A stretch of DNA of 64,000 nucleotides, taken from an uncultured Planctomycetota bacterium (GTDB lineage Bacteria > JAJVIF01 > JAPKYR01). The stretch is taken from assembly GCA_964354375.1 (NCBI GenBank), contig CAYGZQ010000006.1:42109-106108 (forward strand). Direction: 5' to 3'. Positions 48,639 to 59,135 of this stretch are shown here, piece after piece. The notes under the pieces were generated by a model that saw only the letters and a program-made list of their open reading frames with translations, did no database searches and was not told the origin of the DNA. Position 1 is the first letter of the stretch; each line of letters opens with the position of its first letter. A program made the translations under genes and the position numbers.

Positions 48639-50108
48639 TCAATTCGGCGGGCGATAGTTGGCGAGGAAGGTCTCCAGACGTCTCAGGGTGGCTTCCTTGC
48701 CGACATAGTACAGGGTCTCGAACATCCCGGGAGTGGCAAGCACTCCGGTGATTACAAGCCTCAGAGGCTGTACAACCTGACCCAGCTTCAGGCTCCTGGA
48801 TTCGATGTAGGCCCGGACCGCTCTGTCGAGTTCCTGAGGGGACCACTCTGCGTCGGCCAGCAGCTTTTTCAGCTCCCTGAGCGCATTGAACGCCTCGCCC
48901 GTCACCTTGGCTTTCCTCAGGTCCTCCTCACGATAGTGCTTCGGATCGACGAAGTAGAACTGGATCATCTGGGGGATTTCGCTCAGGACGGTAATCCTTT
49001 CGCGGTACAGGCCGATCAGACCCTTCAGCCATTCCCGGGTGCTTGGGTTGATGTCGGAAGGGTCGACGAACTCGCTGAGGAAGGGAAGGCAGACGTCATA
49101 CAGGTCCTCATCGGTTTTCGCGCGTATGTATTTCCCGTTGAACCAGAGAAGCTTGTCCCTGTCGAAGCTCGCGGGGGAGCTGGAGACCTGCTCGAGGCTG
49201 AACAACTCCTCGAGCTCCTTGAGGGAGTATATCTCTCTGTCGGTGGCATCGTTCCAGCCGAGCCTGGCGAGGTAATTGACGAATGCGTCGGGCAGGAAGC
49301 CTTCCTCCTGGTAAGCCTTCACGCTGACTGCGCCGTGACGTTTGCTCATCCGGGTTCCGTCGGAGCCGTGGATGAGCGGTATGTGCGCGAAGTGCGGCGC
49401 CTTCAATCCCAGCGCCTCGTAGATGAGAATCTGTTTGGGCGTGTTCGATAGATGATCGTCGCCGCGGATCACATGCGTGATCTCCATGGTGGAGTCATCG
49501 ACCACCACGACGAAGTTGTAGGTGGGATAGCCGTCTGCGCGGACGATTATGAAATCCTGCAGATCGTCGCGCCGGAACATGACCTCTCCCCGAATCAGGT
49601 CGCGCACAATGACAGGGGGGCCCGGCGAGATGCGGAATTTCAGGCTCTTCCCCTCGGGCGGAACGTCTTTCAGCTCCGACTGTCTGGCGGCGCAATGGCA
49701 CTTGCCGGTTCCCACTTCGTCGCGCGGAGGGCACACGCAGTGATATGCCATTCCGGCCTCCAGCAGTTTTGTGGCAGCGTTGCGGTGGAGGTCGCGACGT
49801 GCGCTCTGGAGATAAGGGCCGTGATCGCCTCTCTCGCGAGAGAGGTCGGTGGGATGCTCCTCGTCCGGACCCTCGTCCCAGTGGATCCCCAGCCAGTTGA
49901 GGCCCTCCACGAGGTGGCGAAGGCTTTCCTCGGTGCTCCGGACCTGGTCGGTGTCTTCGATTCTCAGGATGAACCTGCCGCCGTATCTTCTGGCGAACAG
50001 GTAGTTGAAGAGAGCGGTACGTGCGCTGCCGATGTGGAGCTCGCCGGTCGGAGACGGGGCGAATCGCACCCTGGGCGCTGCTTGCGGCTTTTCCGGGTCA
50101 ATAGCCAT
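48639..50108 (-). CDS. gltX: Glutamate--tRNA ligase
   Basis: RFAPSPTGELHIG, LRIEDTD, VIRGDDHLSNT, MSKRHG. Confidence 0.95.
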   Translation of the reverse strand: MAIDPEKPQAAPRVRFAPSPTGELHIGSARTALFNYLFARRYGGRFILRIEDTDQVRSTEESLRHLVEGLNWLGIHWDEGPDEEHPTDLSRERGDHGPYLQSARRDLHRNAATKLLEAGMAYHCVCPPRDEVGTGKCHCAARQSELKDVPPEGKSLKFRISPGPPVIVRDLIRGEVMFRRDDLQDFIIVRADGYPTYNFVVVVDDSTMEITHVIRGDDHLSNTPKQILIYEALGLKAPHFAHIPLIHGSDGTRMSKRHGAVSVKAYQEEGFLPDAFVNYLARLGWNDATDREIYSLKELEELFSLEQVSSSPASFDRDKLLWFNGKYIRAKTDEDLYDVCLPFLSEFVDPSDINPSTREWLKGLIGLYRERITVLSEIPQMIQFYFVDPKHYREEDLRKAKVTGEAFNALRELKKLLADAEWSPQELDRAVRAYIESRSLKLGQVVQPLRLVITGVLATPGMFETLYYVGKEATLRRLETFLANYRPPN

Positions 50109-50210
50109 GTGGCCTGCTCGAATCCCCCGCCATGAAAGGCTTGCCGGATCGTATCACACGCGGTCCGATCGCGGCAATGCGCTTTTAAGGTCTGTTGAAC
50201 AATCCCCTTT

Positions 50211-50279
50211 GTGGGGCGGGCTTTCCAGCCTGCCACCTCTCGGGACCGCACGAATAGCAGGCTGGAAAGCCTGCCCCAC
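50211..50279. repeat. Inverted pair of GTGGGGC(A/G)GGCTTTCCAGCCTGC REP-like units
   Basis: Same unit as 1220-1243. Confidence 0.7.
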
Positions 50280-50434
50280 ATGCGGGTACTCACCATTCGA
50301 GATTCACTCAACAGCCCCTTTTTAACTCGCCCGCCCATTGCATTTTCAACGTTCTCAAAGTATATAGCAAGCGTGTGCTTTTAGCGGCACACAATTCTGA
50401 AAAGCGGCGAAAAGGTCTTTCTGGGGGCTGACAA

Positions 50435-51607
50435 TTGATCTACCTCGACTATGCTGCGACAAGCTGGCCGAAGCCTGCAGCCTGCATCCGAGCAATGGAG
50501 CATTTCATCACGGAGATCGGGTCGAACCCGGCCTACTCTCTTCACAGGCGCGCGCGTGTGGGTGACGACATTATCGAGCACGCGCGTCAGGACGTGGCCT
50601 GGATTCTTGGAGTCGAAAGATCGGATCACATCGCGTTCACGCTCAACGCGACGGAGGCCCTGAATCGAATCCTGTGGGGCCATGTGGAAAAGGGTTTCAG
50701 GATTCTTGCCAGCAATTTTGAACACGCATCGGTGACGCGACCACTCGCTGCGCTCAAGAAGATGCACGGGATAAGCGTGGAGCGAATCGGTCATCCGAAG
50801 ACGGGCATCATCTCGGCAAACGACATCCACGAGGCATGTGAGAAGAAACCGGCGAACCTCCTCGTTTTCACGCATGCGTCCAACGTGACCGGGGCCATCC
50901 AGCCGGTCAGGGAGCTGGTCAAGGCTGCTCATGAGGACAATTGCGCGGTGCTTCTGGACACGGCCCAGACCGCGGGCGTTCTTCCGATAGAAGCGGACAA
51001 GTGGGGCGTCGATTACCTCGCGTTTTCCGGCCATAAACACTTATTGGGCCCGATGGGGGTGGGTGGATTCTATGTAGCGGACCCCGATCGACTGAAGCCG
51101 GTCGTAGTCGGATCGACAGGTTATTTCGACGACTGCGACGACATGCCGAGCACGATGCCGCATCGATTCGAGCCCGGTACACCGAACGCGCCCGGCATAG
51201 CGGGCTTGGGCGCAAGCTGCAAAGCATTGCGCGAAAAGGGGATCGCCAATATCCGTCACGAGCAGCAGGAGCTGACGAGGCGAGTGCTCGGCGCCTTCAG
51301 AGACACCCCTGCGGTGAGAGTGTACGGATCGGGCGACGCACGTAAGCGCGTCGGGGTGATCGGTTTCAACGTAGGCAAGCTGCATCCCGCGGAGGTCGGC
51401 GACCGACTCGATCAGAAATTCGACATAATGGTGCGGACCGGGGTGTGCTCGTGTCACTGGGCGAACGAGTTTACGGGGACGATGCCGGACGGGATGGTGA
51501 GGGCGAGCATGGGTTATTTCACGAAGGAAGAGGACGTGGATCTGCTGATCGAGGCGGTGGGGATGATCGCCGAGGAAGCGTGCAATCACGAATACGTGGA
51601 TGCGTAG
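50435..51607 (+). CDS. Cysteine desulfurase-like PLP enzyme (aminotransferase class V)
   Basis: IYLDYAATSWPKP, NATEALN, HASNVTG, DTAQTAG, FSGHK, FEPGTPN. Confidence 0.85.
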   Translation: MIYLDYAATSWPKPAACIRAMEHFITEIGSNPAYSLHRRARVGDDIIEHARQDVAWILGVERSDHIAFTLNATEALNRILWGHVEKGFRILASNFEHASVTRPLAALKKMHGISVERIGHPKTGIISANDIHEACEKKPANLLVFTHASNVTGAIQPVRELVKAAHEDNCAVLLDTAQTAGVLPIEADKWGVDYLAFSGHKHLLGPMGVGGFYVADPDRLKPVVVGSTGYFDDCDDMPSTMPHRFEPGTPNAPGIAGLGASCKALREKGIANIRHEQQELTRRVLGAFRDTPAVRVYGSGDARKRVGVIGFNVGKLHPAEVGDRLDQKFDIMVRTGVCSCHWANEFTGTMPDGMVRASMGYFTKEEDVDLLIEAVGMIAEEACNHEYVDA

Positions 51608-51695
51608 GAATCGAGCTGCTCCTCCGGGTGCGCCGCTTTTCCAAGCGGCATCATAAAGAAAAGAGCCGGCTGGAAAGCCGGCGGACCCGGCACTC

Positions 51696-51724
51696 TTGCC
51701 TTTCCGGTTTTTCTGGTGTATAAA
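51696..51724 (+). promoter_or_regulatory. sigma70 promoter of the metG leader, TTGCCT-17-TATAAA
   Basis: Near-consensus hexamers with a 17-nt spacer. Confidence 0.65.
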
Positions 51725-51771
51725 AACCACAAGTGCCCCGAAAATATTGATGGCGGCGAACAGACAGGAAA

Positions 51772-51822
51772 ATGCTCGCGTACACGCACAATATGGCTAT
51801 GGAAATGCTCCATCCCGGCTGA
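51772..51822 (+). CDS. Putative Met-rich attenuator leader peptide MLAYTHNMAMEMLHPG
   Basis: ATG CTC GCG TAC ACG CAC AAT ATG GCT ATG GAA ATG CTC CAT CCC GGC TGA TAA, between the promoter and the terminator upstream of metG. Confidence 0.7.
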   Translation: MLAYTHNMAMEMLHPG

Positions 51823-51851
51823 TAACGGGGCATACCGTGCTGTGCGTGCGC

Positions 51852-51882
51852 GCCCCGAATGTCGGGGCTTTCGTTTTTTTTT
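51852..51882 (+). terminator. Attenuator terminator in the metG leader
   Basis: GCCCCGA-ATG-TCGGGGC followed by TTTCGTTTTTTTTT; an alternative partner CGGGGC lies at 51826-51831. Confidence 0.8.
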
Positions 51883-51920
51883 GATGACCTTTGAATCCCG
51901 GGAAGCGGGAGGTGTCTGCA

Positions 51921-53993
51921 ATGACAGACGAACAAGGGATATTTGCGACCACCACTCCACTCTACTACGCCAACGCGCCGTTTCATCTGGGACACGCGTA
52001 CTCCACCTATGTGTGCGACACGCTCACCCGCTTTCACAAGATGCTGGGAGACAGGACCTATTTCATCACGGGCTCGGACGAGCACGGGGAGAAGATCAAG
52101 CTGGCCGCCGAATCGCACGGCCTGACGCCGCTCGAGTGGACCGATCGCGTCGTCGACGCCGGCAAGGCCCTCTGGAAGCGCTGCGGCATCGAGTACGACT
52201 ACTTCGTCCGCACGTCGCAGCATCAGCCGGACGATCATTACCGCGACGTGCAGCGATTCTTCAAGCGCATCTACGACCGGGGCGATATCTATCTCGGGGA
52301 GTACGAAGGGCTGTATTGCGTAGGCTGCGAGAAATACCTCACGGACAGGGATCTGGTCGGGGGCAAGTGCCCTGAGCACGACCAGGAGCCGGTCACGATG
52401 AAGGAGCCCTGTCTTTTCTTCAGGCTCAGCAAATGGGCTCCCGTTGTTCTCGCGATGATCGAGAAGGAGCCCCAGAGGGTCCGACCTGACAGCCGTCGCA
52501 ACGAGATCCTCTCCAAGCTCAAGTCAGGAGTGGAAGACCTTGCTGTGAGCCGGACGAGGCTCGACTGGGGCATCCCGCTCGATGAGATCGCGGCGGGACA
52601 TGTCTGCTACGTCTGGTTCGACGCGCTGCTGGGATACGCCACAGCCGCGGGTCTGGGGGCATACCTTGATGAGGTCGACGAGAAGGAGAAGAACGCTTCA
52701 TACGAGATCCAGCCGACGAAATTCGGGACTTTCTGGCCGCACTGCGTTCACGTCACCGCGAAGGACATATTGTGGTTTCATACGGTGATCTGGCCGGCGA
52801 TGCTGCTTGCAGCCGACCTGGTTCCCGGCGGAGATCCGAGCGCGCTCGTCACTTCCGGCACGTTCTCGCACGGCTATCTTCTCGAGCGCGGCAGGAAGAT
52901 GAGCAAATCGGTCGGAAACATCCTCGATCCGTACCCATATCTTGAATTGCTCGGCAGCGACGCACTGAGGTTTTATCTGCTGAGAGAGGTCTCGTTCGGG
53001 GAGGACGGCAGCATCAGTCATGAATCCATCGCGGAGCGCACGAACGCGGACCTTGCGAACGACCTGGGGAATCTCGTGAATCGGACGCTGGCGATGATCG
53101 ACAAGGACTGCGGGGGGTTGATTCCGCCGGAAGGGCCTCACAACTCGGAGCTGGTGGAGACGGCGAAGAACGCGCACGACGGGGCGGTGCAGGCGTTGAA
53201 GGAATTCGCGCCGCATCGCGCGCTCGACGCGATATGGGACCTCGTACGCCTGGCGAATCGAACCATCGAAGAGACCCGACCCTGGGAGCTGAGGAAGGCA
53301 GGCAATATCGACGCGCTCAATTCTTTCCTGTACGACCAGGCGCAGGTGCTTCACAATCTCGCCATACTTCTGCATCCGTTTCTCCCTGAGCTGACGCGGA
53401 AGATCTGGGATCAGCTCGGGCTTCCCGGTGAGGTAGCCAGGCATCGGTATCAAGACGGCGGCGGATGGGGCACAATCGATCCCGGCACGTGCATCAACCA
53501 CGGCGAGCCGATTTTCCCCAGGATCGACATTGCACGATTCCTTGAGGAGGTCGCGAAATTGTCAGCAAAACGCGATATCGAACGGGAGGAGCTGGGGCAA
53601 AAACCTGTCGCAGCTCCGCGGGAGACATCCAAGCCATCAGCGAAGGTCCCCGAGATTCCCCAGCTCAAGGGCGAGATCACTTTCGAGGAGTTTCTTAAGC
53701 TCGACCTGAGGGTTGCGAAAGTGCTGTCCTGCGAACCGGTCAAGGGGACGGACAAGCTTCTGAAAATGCAGATCGATCTCGGGAGCGAGCAGAGGCAGAT
53801 AGTCGCCGGGATCGCGAAGGTCTACAAACCCCAGGAACTGGTCGGCAAACTGATCGTGGTGGTCGTGAATCTGAAACCGGTGAAGCTGAAGGGCGAGGAA
53901 TCGCGCGGAATGCTTCTTGCTACCGGCGACGACGGGGACATCACGCTGCTTGTGCCGGAAAAACCGGTGGATCCGGGCGAGACGGTGCATTAG
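51921..53993 (+). CDS. metG: Methionine--tRNA ligase with a C-terminal tRNA-binding domain
   Basis: TTPLYYAN.PFHLGHAY, GSDEHG, YVWFDAL, KMSKS, DLRVAKV; GGGAGG SD before ATG 51921. Confidence 0.95.
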   Translation: MTDEQGIFATTTPLYYANAPFHLGHAYSTYVCDTLTRFHKMLGDRTYFITGSDEHGEKIKLAAESHGLTPLEWTDRVVDAGKALWKRCGIEYDYFVRTSQHQPDDHYRDVQRFFKRIYDRGDIYLGEYEGLYCVGCEKYLTDRDLVGGKCPEHDQEPVTMKEPCLFFRLSKWAPVVLAMIEKEPQRVRPDSRRNEILSKLKSGVEDLAVSRTRLDWGIPLDEIAAGHVCYVWFDALLGYATAAGLGAYLDEVDEKEKNASYEIQPTKFGTFWPHCVHVTAKDILWFHTVIWPAMLLAADLVPGGDPSALVTSGTFSHGYLLERGRKMSKSVGNILDPYPYLELLGSDALRFYLLREVSFGEDGSISHESIAERTNADLANDLGNLVNRTLAMIDKDCGGLIPPEGPHNSELVETAKNAHDGAVQALKEFAPHRALDAIWDLVRLANRTIEETRPWELRKAGNIDALNSFLYDQAQVLHNLAILLHPFLPELTRKIWDQLGLPGEVARHRYQDGGGWGTIDPGTCINHGEPIFPRIDIARFLEEVAKLSAKRDIEREELGQKPVAAPRETSKPSAKVPEIPQLKGEITFEEFLKLDLRVAKVLSCEPVKGTDKLLKMQIDLGSEQRQIVAGIAKVYKPQELVGKLIVVVVNLKPVKLKGEESRGMLLATGDDGDITLLVPEKPVDPGETVH

Positions 53994-54008
53994 GCGTGCG
54001 GGCGTCCG

Positions 54009-55604
54009 CTATCCGTTGCCCTGTTCATCCAGGGGTCCGAACCATTTCTGCAATTGCTGGGGATCGCCGAGCTCGTTTCTGAACAGGCGAAGCAGCCTTA
54101 TAAAATCCTCTTCCGTAACTATGGAATTCTCGAAGGTGGTAGTCGTCTCCCAGTCATCGTGAAGGTCGACGAGGGTCTGGTAATAGCGTCTGAACTCCGC
54201 GTGCACGACCATGAAATCGGGCTGCATCACACCCCACAAGAGCAGGTCGAGTGCGCTCGCACGCTCGTCCGCGGTCTTCAACCGGGGCGCAAGGGTCATG
54301 AATGCGCCGTTTATCACGACCATTTCCTCGTCGGCAAGCTCAGGCTCGAGTTTGTCTCCCGCCGAAAAGACGAACACATTGAGAGTCGCGCGATAGAGGG
54401 CCAGAAGGTCGAGGGTCGCGCACTCGATTTTGCCCGAGCCGATCGCGCCGACCGCAGCAGCCCTGACCCTTGCCGCGGACTCTTTGTCGTTAAGCCATGT
54501 CGACAGTGGGGTATTGAGCATTGCTGCAAGTGCGGTGTAGCCAAGCTGCTTGCGCTCGCAGGTCATGTCGCCCGCGAGAGCTTCGGCCAACTGGACGGCG
54601 AACCGCTCGGACGGAGCGCGTCCGAGAGCGTCGGCGATCACCCAGGCCTCCTCGCCCTCTCCCATCGGACCCTGGGTGAAGCCGGTCATTATGAGCTTGT
54701 CTATCCCATCCATCTGGTCTGCTTTATATGGGAACATCCCTCCCCCGGCGAAAGCCCTCCAGGCGATGTCCCAGTACATCCATGAATGAAGCCCGGACAC
54801 CTCTCCTCCCGCGCGGTACCCGGAGAGCGTCTCCATGATCGGGTCGTACGCCTCTGCCCGTCCGAGCTGGATGCTTCTGAGAGTGTACGCATGGGTGAGC
54901 CTTCCGTCCCAGAAAGACTGGTCGGGAACGAGGTCCTGCAGGTCCTCTATCCGGTCGTCCCAGTCGATGACCTCCTGAACGCCCGGCTTGCCCGAGGCGG
55001 CGACGGCCATATGAAGCCAGTCGCGCCATTCGGTGTCCTCGTCCACAGGAGCGCTTCCCACGGGGAACTCGCATATTTCGGGTCGATCGGTGTAGGCCTT
55101 TCCCAGGAGAATCAGGATCATCCCCGGAGCTTCGGGCCATTTCCCCAGGACATCCGACATGAACGCCCTGACGTACGCGTTCAGGGGACTGATGCCGTCA
55201 ACAACGAGCACCGCGGCTGCGTCCCGCACGGGGGTGTCGGATATCAATGCGAGGAACTGATCGCGGTCGGGTTGAGTGACGCCCGAGGTCGCCTGCTCGG
55301 CGGCGAACGCCTTGAGGACGGCAAATTGTTCCGCTCCTTCCTTGAGACGCTTTTCGAAGTCGCGATCCACGTTCTGTTTTCCCTGCCAGACCCATGCCGC
55401 GTGAATCATGGGATGATACGAATAGGTCCAGGTCGATGCATCGGGATTGGCGGGATCGTATGGTCCGTACTTCTTGAGGAGGTCCTGGTAGATCGCCTGG
55501 ACCTGGCTGCGGAAGTCGGGCTTGATCTCTTCCCTTGGGGGGCAACCTGTCGCGGACAGAAGCAGGATCAGACCGGAGGCGAATATCAACGCTCTATGCA
55601 TCAT
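54009..55604 (-). CDS. Hypothetical helical lipoprotein
   Basis: GGAG SD; lipobox ATGC. Confidence 0.65.
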   Translation of the reverse strand: MMHRALIFASGLILLLSATGCPPREEIKPDFRSQVQAIYQDLLKKYGPYDPANPDASTWTYSYHPMIHAAWVWQGKQNVDRDFEKRLKEGAEQFAVLKAFAAEQATSGVTQPDRDQFLALISDTPVRDAAAVLVVDGISPLNAYVRAFMSDVLGKWPEAPGMILILLGKAYTDRPEICEFPVGSAPVDEDTEWRDWLHMAVAASGKPGVQEVIDWDDRIEDLQDLVPDQSFWDGRLTHAYTLRSIQLGRAEAYDPIMETLSGYRAGGEVSGLHSWMYWDIAWRAFAGGGMFPYKADQMDGIDKLIMTGFTQGPMGEGEEAWVIADALGRAPSERFAVQLAEALAGDMTCERKQLGYTALAAMLNTPLSTWLNDKESAARVRAAAVGAIGSGKIECATLDLLALYRATLNVFVFSAGDKLEPELADEEMVVINGAFMTLAPRLKTADERASALDLLLWGVMQPDFMVVHAEFRRYYQTLVDLHDDWETTTTFENSIVTEEDFIRLLRLFRNELGDPQQLQKWFGPLDEQGNG

Positions 55605-55697
55605 AGGATTTTCTCCGTGGAAAAGCCTGGCGATTGGCACTAGGGTATCACATCCTTTTCTTACGATACACAGGGGCTTTGAAAGGCTCGCGTCAGA

Positions 55698-55814
55698 CCT
55701 CACCCCCTGGCCCCCCTCTCCACAATCCAGACCTCACCCCCCTTCCCCCCTCTCCATCCGCCGTGGCGGATGGAGAGGGGGGCTAGGGGGTGAGGGGGGG
55801 AACGGGGGGTGAGG
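55698..55814. repeat. CCCCCCTCTCCATCCGCCGxGGCGGATGGAGAGGGGGG palindromic element with CCTCACCCCC flanks
   Basis: Near-identical copy at 61805-61895. Confidence 0.75.
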
Positions 55815-55985
55815 TGGAGAGTCAAATGCCGGATGCACCCCGATGGTCGCGTGCTTGATTTTTGGACCCCATTTGTGTATCCATTGCGCGTTGTGCATGA
55901 TCCGGGGCAGTTTTTCCCCGGCAATTGGTGTTTGCATTCCTCAAAGCTGCACCTTTTACGAATCACGATCTCGAGGGGAGTACCG

Positions 55986-58286
55986 ATGCCACCAACAGAA
56001 GTCATCTCAGAGCCTATGAACTGGACCTACATGTGGATCATCCTGGGCTGCTCGGTCCTTGGACTGGCAATAGCCTGGATGCTCAAGGGCTGGGTCATGA
56101 AGCAGGAGATGGGCCAGGAAAGCATGAAGAAGATCTCGGATGCGATCCGGGAAGGGGCGGAGGCTTTTCTGAAGAGGCAGAACGCGACGATCATATGGCT
56201 GGCCGCGGTTTTGACCGCGGTGCTGTTCGTGATGTACGCGTTTGTCCGGACGCCGAGGCCTGATTTCGACCCGGTTAAGGACCCGATCATGCTGGGGGCC
56301 GCGATCGCGGGGTCATTTATCTTCGGGGCGCTGTGCTCGGTGTTCGCAGGATACATCGGCATGTACGTGAGTATCCGGGCGAACATCCGGGTGGCCACGG
56401 CGGCCCTGACAAGCCTCAACAGGGCGTTGCAGATCGCGCTGAGGGGCGGGGCGGTCTCGGGGATATTCGTGGTGGCGGTAAGCCTCCTCGGAGTGGGACT
56501 CCTCTACACGCTGGTCGAGCTGTCCGGGATCACGAAGGCGCAGCACATACCGTTCCTGATTGTCGGTTACGGATTCGGCGCAAGCTTCGTCGCGCTTTTC
56601 GCGCAGCTCGGCGGTGGAATCTACACGAAGGCTGCCGATGTGGGCGCGGACCTGGTGGGCAAAGTTGAGGCGGGAATTCCTGAGGATGACCCGAGGAACC
56701 CCGCGGTAATAGCGGACCTGGTTGGGGACAATGTCGGCGACTGCGCGGGCCGCGGCGCCGACCTGTTCGAATCGACGGCGGCGGAGAACATAGGCGCCAT
56801 GATCCTCGGCGCATCGCTGGCGGTTTCGGCGCACGAGCAGGGCTACGCGTTCGCGGCCGGGATGATCGGCGTGATGATGTTCCCTCTCATCGCCCGAGCG
56901 TTCGGAATCATCGCCGCGATCATCGGAGTCGTAGTAGTGAGCACGCCGGAAGACGGTGATCCCATGGCGGCCCTCAATAAGGGCTACGCAGTCGCGGTTG
57001 TCCTTGCGATGGTCGCGTTCGGCGTAATCACATACTGGCTCCTGAGCGTAAAAGACTACCCACAGGCGTGGTGGCATTTCTTCCTCTGCGGGATCATCGG
57101 AGTGCTGACCAGCGTCGCCTTTGTCTGGATCACGCAGTATTACACGGAGCACAAGTACCGACCGGTGAAAGAGATCGCGGAATCATCCACGACTGGTCCT
57201 GCGACGAACATAATTTCGGGTATCGCGGTGGGATTCGAGTGCACGGCCATCCCGACGGTGGTGATGGGTGTCGCCATCCTCACGAGCTATTATCTCGGGC
57301 GCTCCGCGTTCCCGGCTGAAGCGATTGAGAAAGGTGTGAACGCCGGGCTGTTCGGGACCGGGGTCGCGACGATGGGAATGCTGGCGACGGCGGCCTACAT
57401 CCTGGCCATGGACACGTTCGGACCGATCGCCGACAACGCAGGCGGCATAATCGAGATGAGCAAGCAGCCCATGGAAATCCGCAAGAAGACGGACCGGCTC
57501 GACGCGGTGGGCAACACGACCAAGGCCCTGACGAAGGGATACGCGATCGGGTCCGCGGCGCTTGCGGCTTTCCTTCTGTTCTCCGCCTACATGGAGGAAG
57601 TCGGAAATTACGCGAAAGGCCAGATCCAGCAGCAGCACCTGGCCTGGCCCGTTGTCGATCTGAGCAAGCCGGAGGTTTTCGTCGGAGGATTGCTTGGCGC
57701 AATGCTTGTGTTCCTTTTCTCGTCACTGGCAATCCGTGCGGTCGGCAGGACCGCCAAATCGGTTATCGAGGAAGTGCGGCGGCAGTTCGCGAAGCTCCCG
57801 CGTGTAAACGACATCATCCAGTTCACCGACGATTTCAAGCCGGATTACGGCACCTGCGTGGATCTGGTGACCCGGAATGCTCTCAAGGCGATGATCGCGC
57901 CGGGGCTTCTTGCGGTCCTTATGCCCATCACTGTCGGACTTGTCTTCCGCATTTTCATCGTACTCAAGGGCGATCCCCTGATCGCCGCGGAATCGGTCGC
58001 GGCGCTGCTAATGGTCGGGACCATCACGGGAATCCTCATGGCGACCTTCCTGAACAACGGCGGCGGGGCATGGGACAACGCGAAGAAGTACATCGAGGCG
58101 GGCGCGTACGGCGGCAAGTATCTGAAGGACGCACAGGGCAACGAGATCAAGAACCCCACTCACGCTGCCGCGGTAGTGGGAGACACCGTCGGGGATCCGT
58201 TCAAGGACACCGCGGGTCCGAGTCTGCACGTGCTGATCAAGTTGCTCAGCACGGTGACTCTGGTACTCGCGCCATTGTTCATATAG
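55986..58286 (+). CDS. hppA: Membrane-bound H+-translocating pyrophosphatase, K+-independent type
   Basis: [54 protein letters not shown]; GNTTKA (Lys) signature. Confidence 0.93.
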   Translation: MPPTEVISEPMNWTYMWIILGCSVLGLAIAWMLKGWVMKQEMGQESMKKISDAIREGAEAFLKRQNATIIWLAAVLTAVLFVMYAFVRTPRPDFDPVKDPIMLGAAIAGSFIFGALCSVFAGYIGMYVSIRANIRVATAALTSLNRALQIALRGGAVSGIFVVAVSLLGVGLLYTLVELSGITKAQHIPFLIVGYGFGASFVALFAQLGGGIYTKAADVGADLVGKVEAGIPEDDPRNPAVIADLVGDNVGDCAGRGADLFESTAAENIGAMILGASLAVSAHEQGYAFAAGMIGVMMFPLIARAFGIIAAIIGVVVVSTPEDGDPMAALNKGYAVAVVLAMVAFGVITYWLLSVKDYPQAWWHFFLCGIIGVLTSVAFVWITQYYTEHKYRPVKEIAESSTTGPATNIISGIAVGFECTAIPTVVMGVAILTSYYLGRSAFPAEAIEKGVNAGLFGTGVATMGMLATAAYILAMDTFGPIADNAGGIIEMSKQPMEIRKKTDRLDAVGNTTKALTKGYAIGSAALAAFLLFSAYMEEVGNYAKGQIQQQHLAWPVVDLSKPEVFVGGLLGAMLVFLFSSLAIRAVGRTAKSVIEEVRRQFAKLPRVNDIIQFTDDFKPDYGTCVDLVTRNALKAMIAPGLLAVLMPITVGLVFRIFIVLKGDPLIAAESVAALLMVGTITGILMATFLNNGGGAWDNAKKYIEAGAYGGKYLKDAQGNEIKNPTHAAAVVGDTVGDPFKDTAGPSLHVLIKLLSTVTLVLAPLFI

Positions 58287-58303
58287 TTTCTATGTCAGAA
58301 TGC

Positions 58304-58470
58304 ACGATGGCTGACGCCCTCGGTTACACCCTTGCTTACGCGCGGGTTTCGGATCGGGGGGTCCATGTCCGAAGCGCGACCGTGAGGGAGCGCGTACCCG
58401 ACGGCGTCAGCCCTCGGCGATCCGAAGCGCGACCGTGAGGGAGCGCGTACCCGACGGCGTCAGCCCTCGG
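58304..58470. repeat. REP-like cluster: one inverted degenerate unit plus two identical 50-bp tandem units (58368-58417, 58421-58470)
   Basis: TCCGAAGCGCGACCGTGAGGGAGCGCGTACCCGACGGCGTCAGCCCTCGG occurs twice; a related unit is at 5181. Confidence 0.8.
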
Positions 58471-58537
58471 AGCAATCGATGAAAAAGCCCACCATCTCAG
58501 GTGAGCTTGTTGTTGTCATAATGATGACCGAAAAGGG

Positions 58538-58867
58538 CTAGTTCGACGCGGTGTACGGGTGACCGCTGCGGGTGACCCTGTACCCGCGCTCCACGGTGTC
58601 GACGTGGTAGTAGTCGAAAGTGCCGAGCTCGAAATAGTCGATCTTGCCGGTGAATTCATTCCTCTTTGCCTTGTAGTGGCATCCGTAGCTGCATGAGAAA
58701 CCGACGATCTTGCCGTCCTTGCTTTCCACACGGACCTGCCCGCACTTGCAGCCGGGGGTCGGGCAGTGGTCGATAAGGAAAAGCTCCCTGAGCTCGGACT
58801 TCTCTTCCTTTCGTGTAATGTCGGCCTTCAGATTCTGTACTGATTCCTTTGAATTCGGCTTCTCCAT
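58538..58867 (-). CDS. Small Cys-rich (zinc-ribbon-like) protein; paralog of the 59136 gene
   Basis: GGGAGG SD; CPTPGCKCG…DGKIVGFSCSYGC.YKAKRNEFTG. Confidence 0.7.
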   Translation of the reverse strand: MEKPNSKESVQNLKADITRKEEKSELRELFLIDHCPTPGCKCGQVRVESKDGKIVGFSCSYGCHYKAKRNEFTGKIDYFELGTFDYYHVDTVERGYRVTRSGHPYTASN

Positions 58868-59135
58868 CTCGATTGCCTCCCTTCCGAAAAACACTCCGGG
58901 TTACCTCTCGTTTCCTCTTCGTCAGTTCTAAACTAAACTTACACTGTCGACACAGATTCAGAAACATCCACTTGGCGGCGTATTCTTGGGTACCAGTTCA
59001 CCGGGGGCTGCCATGCCCACTCGATTCAACCGACACCGGTCGATTTGCCGGTGACGGCCTGTTACCACTTGTTGCCTGCTGGAAGCGTTCCGGGATACCC
59101 GGTTGTTGAGTTTCAGCCCTGCTGACAGCCCTTTT

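Noticed and set aside
51725-51920. T-box or SAM riboswitch upstream of metG
   Set aside because: No GGTGGnACC T-box bulge motif or SAM-I core is visible. The leader is explained by the uORF and alternative hairpins.
58368-58470. Two identical 50-bp repeats as a mini CRISPR array
   Set aside because: Only 3 nt separate the units, so there are no spacers. No cas genes are present, and related inverted copies occur at 58304 and 5181, which fits a REP-like element.
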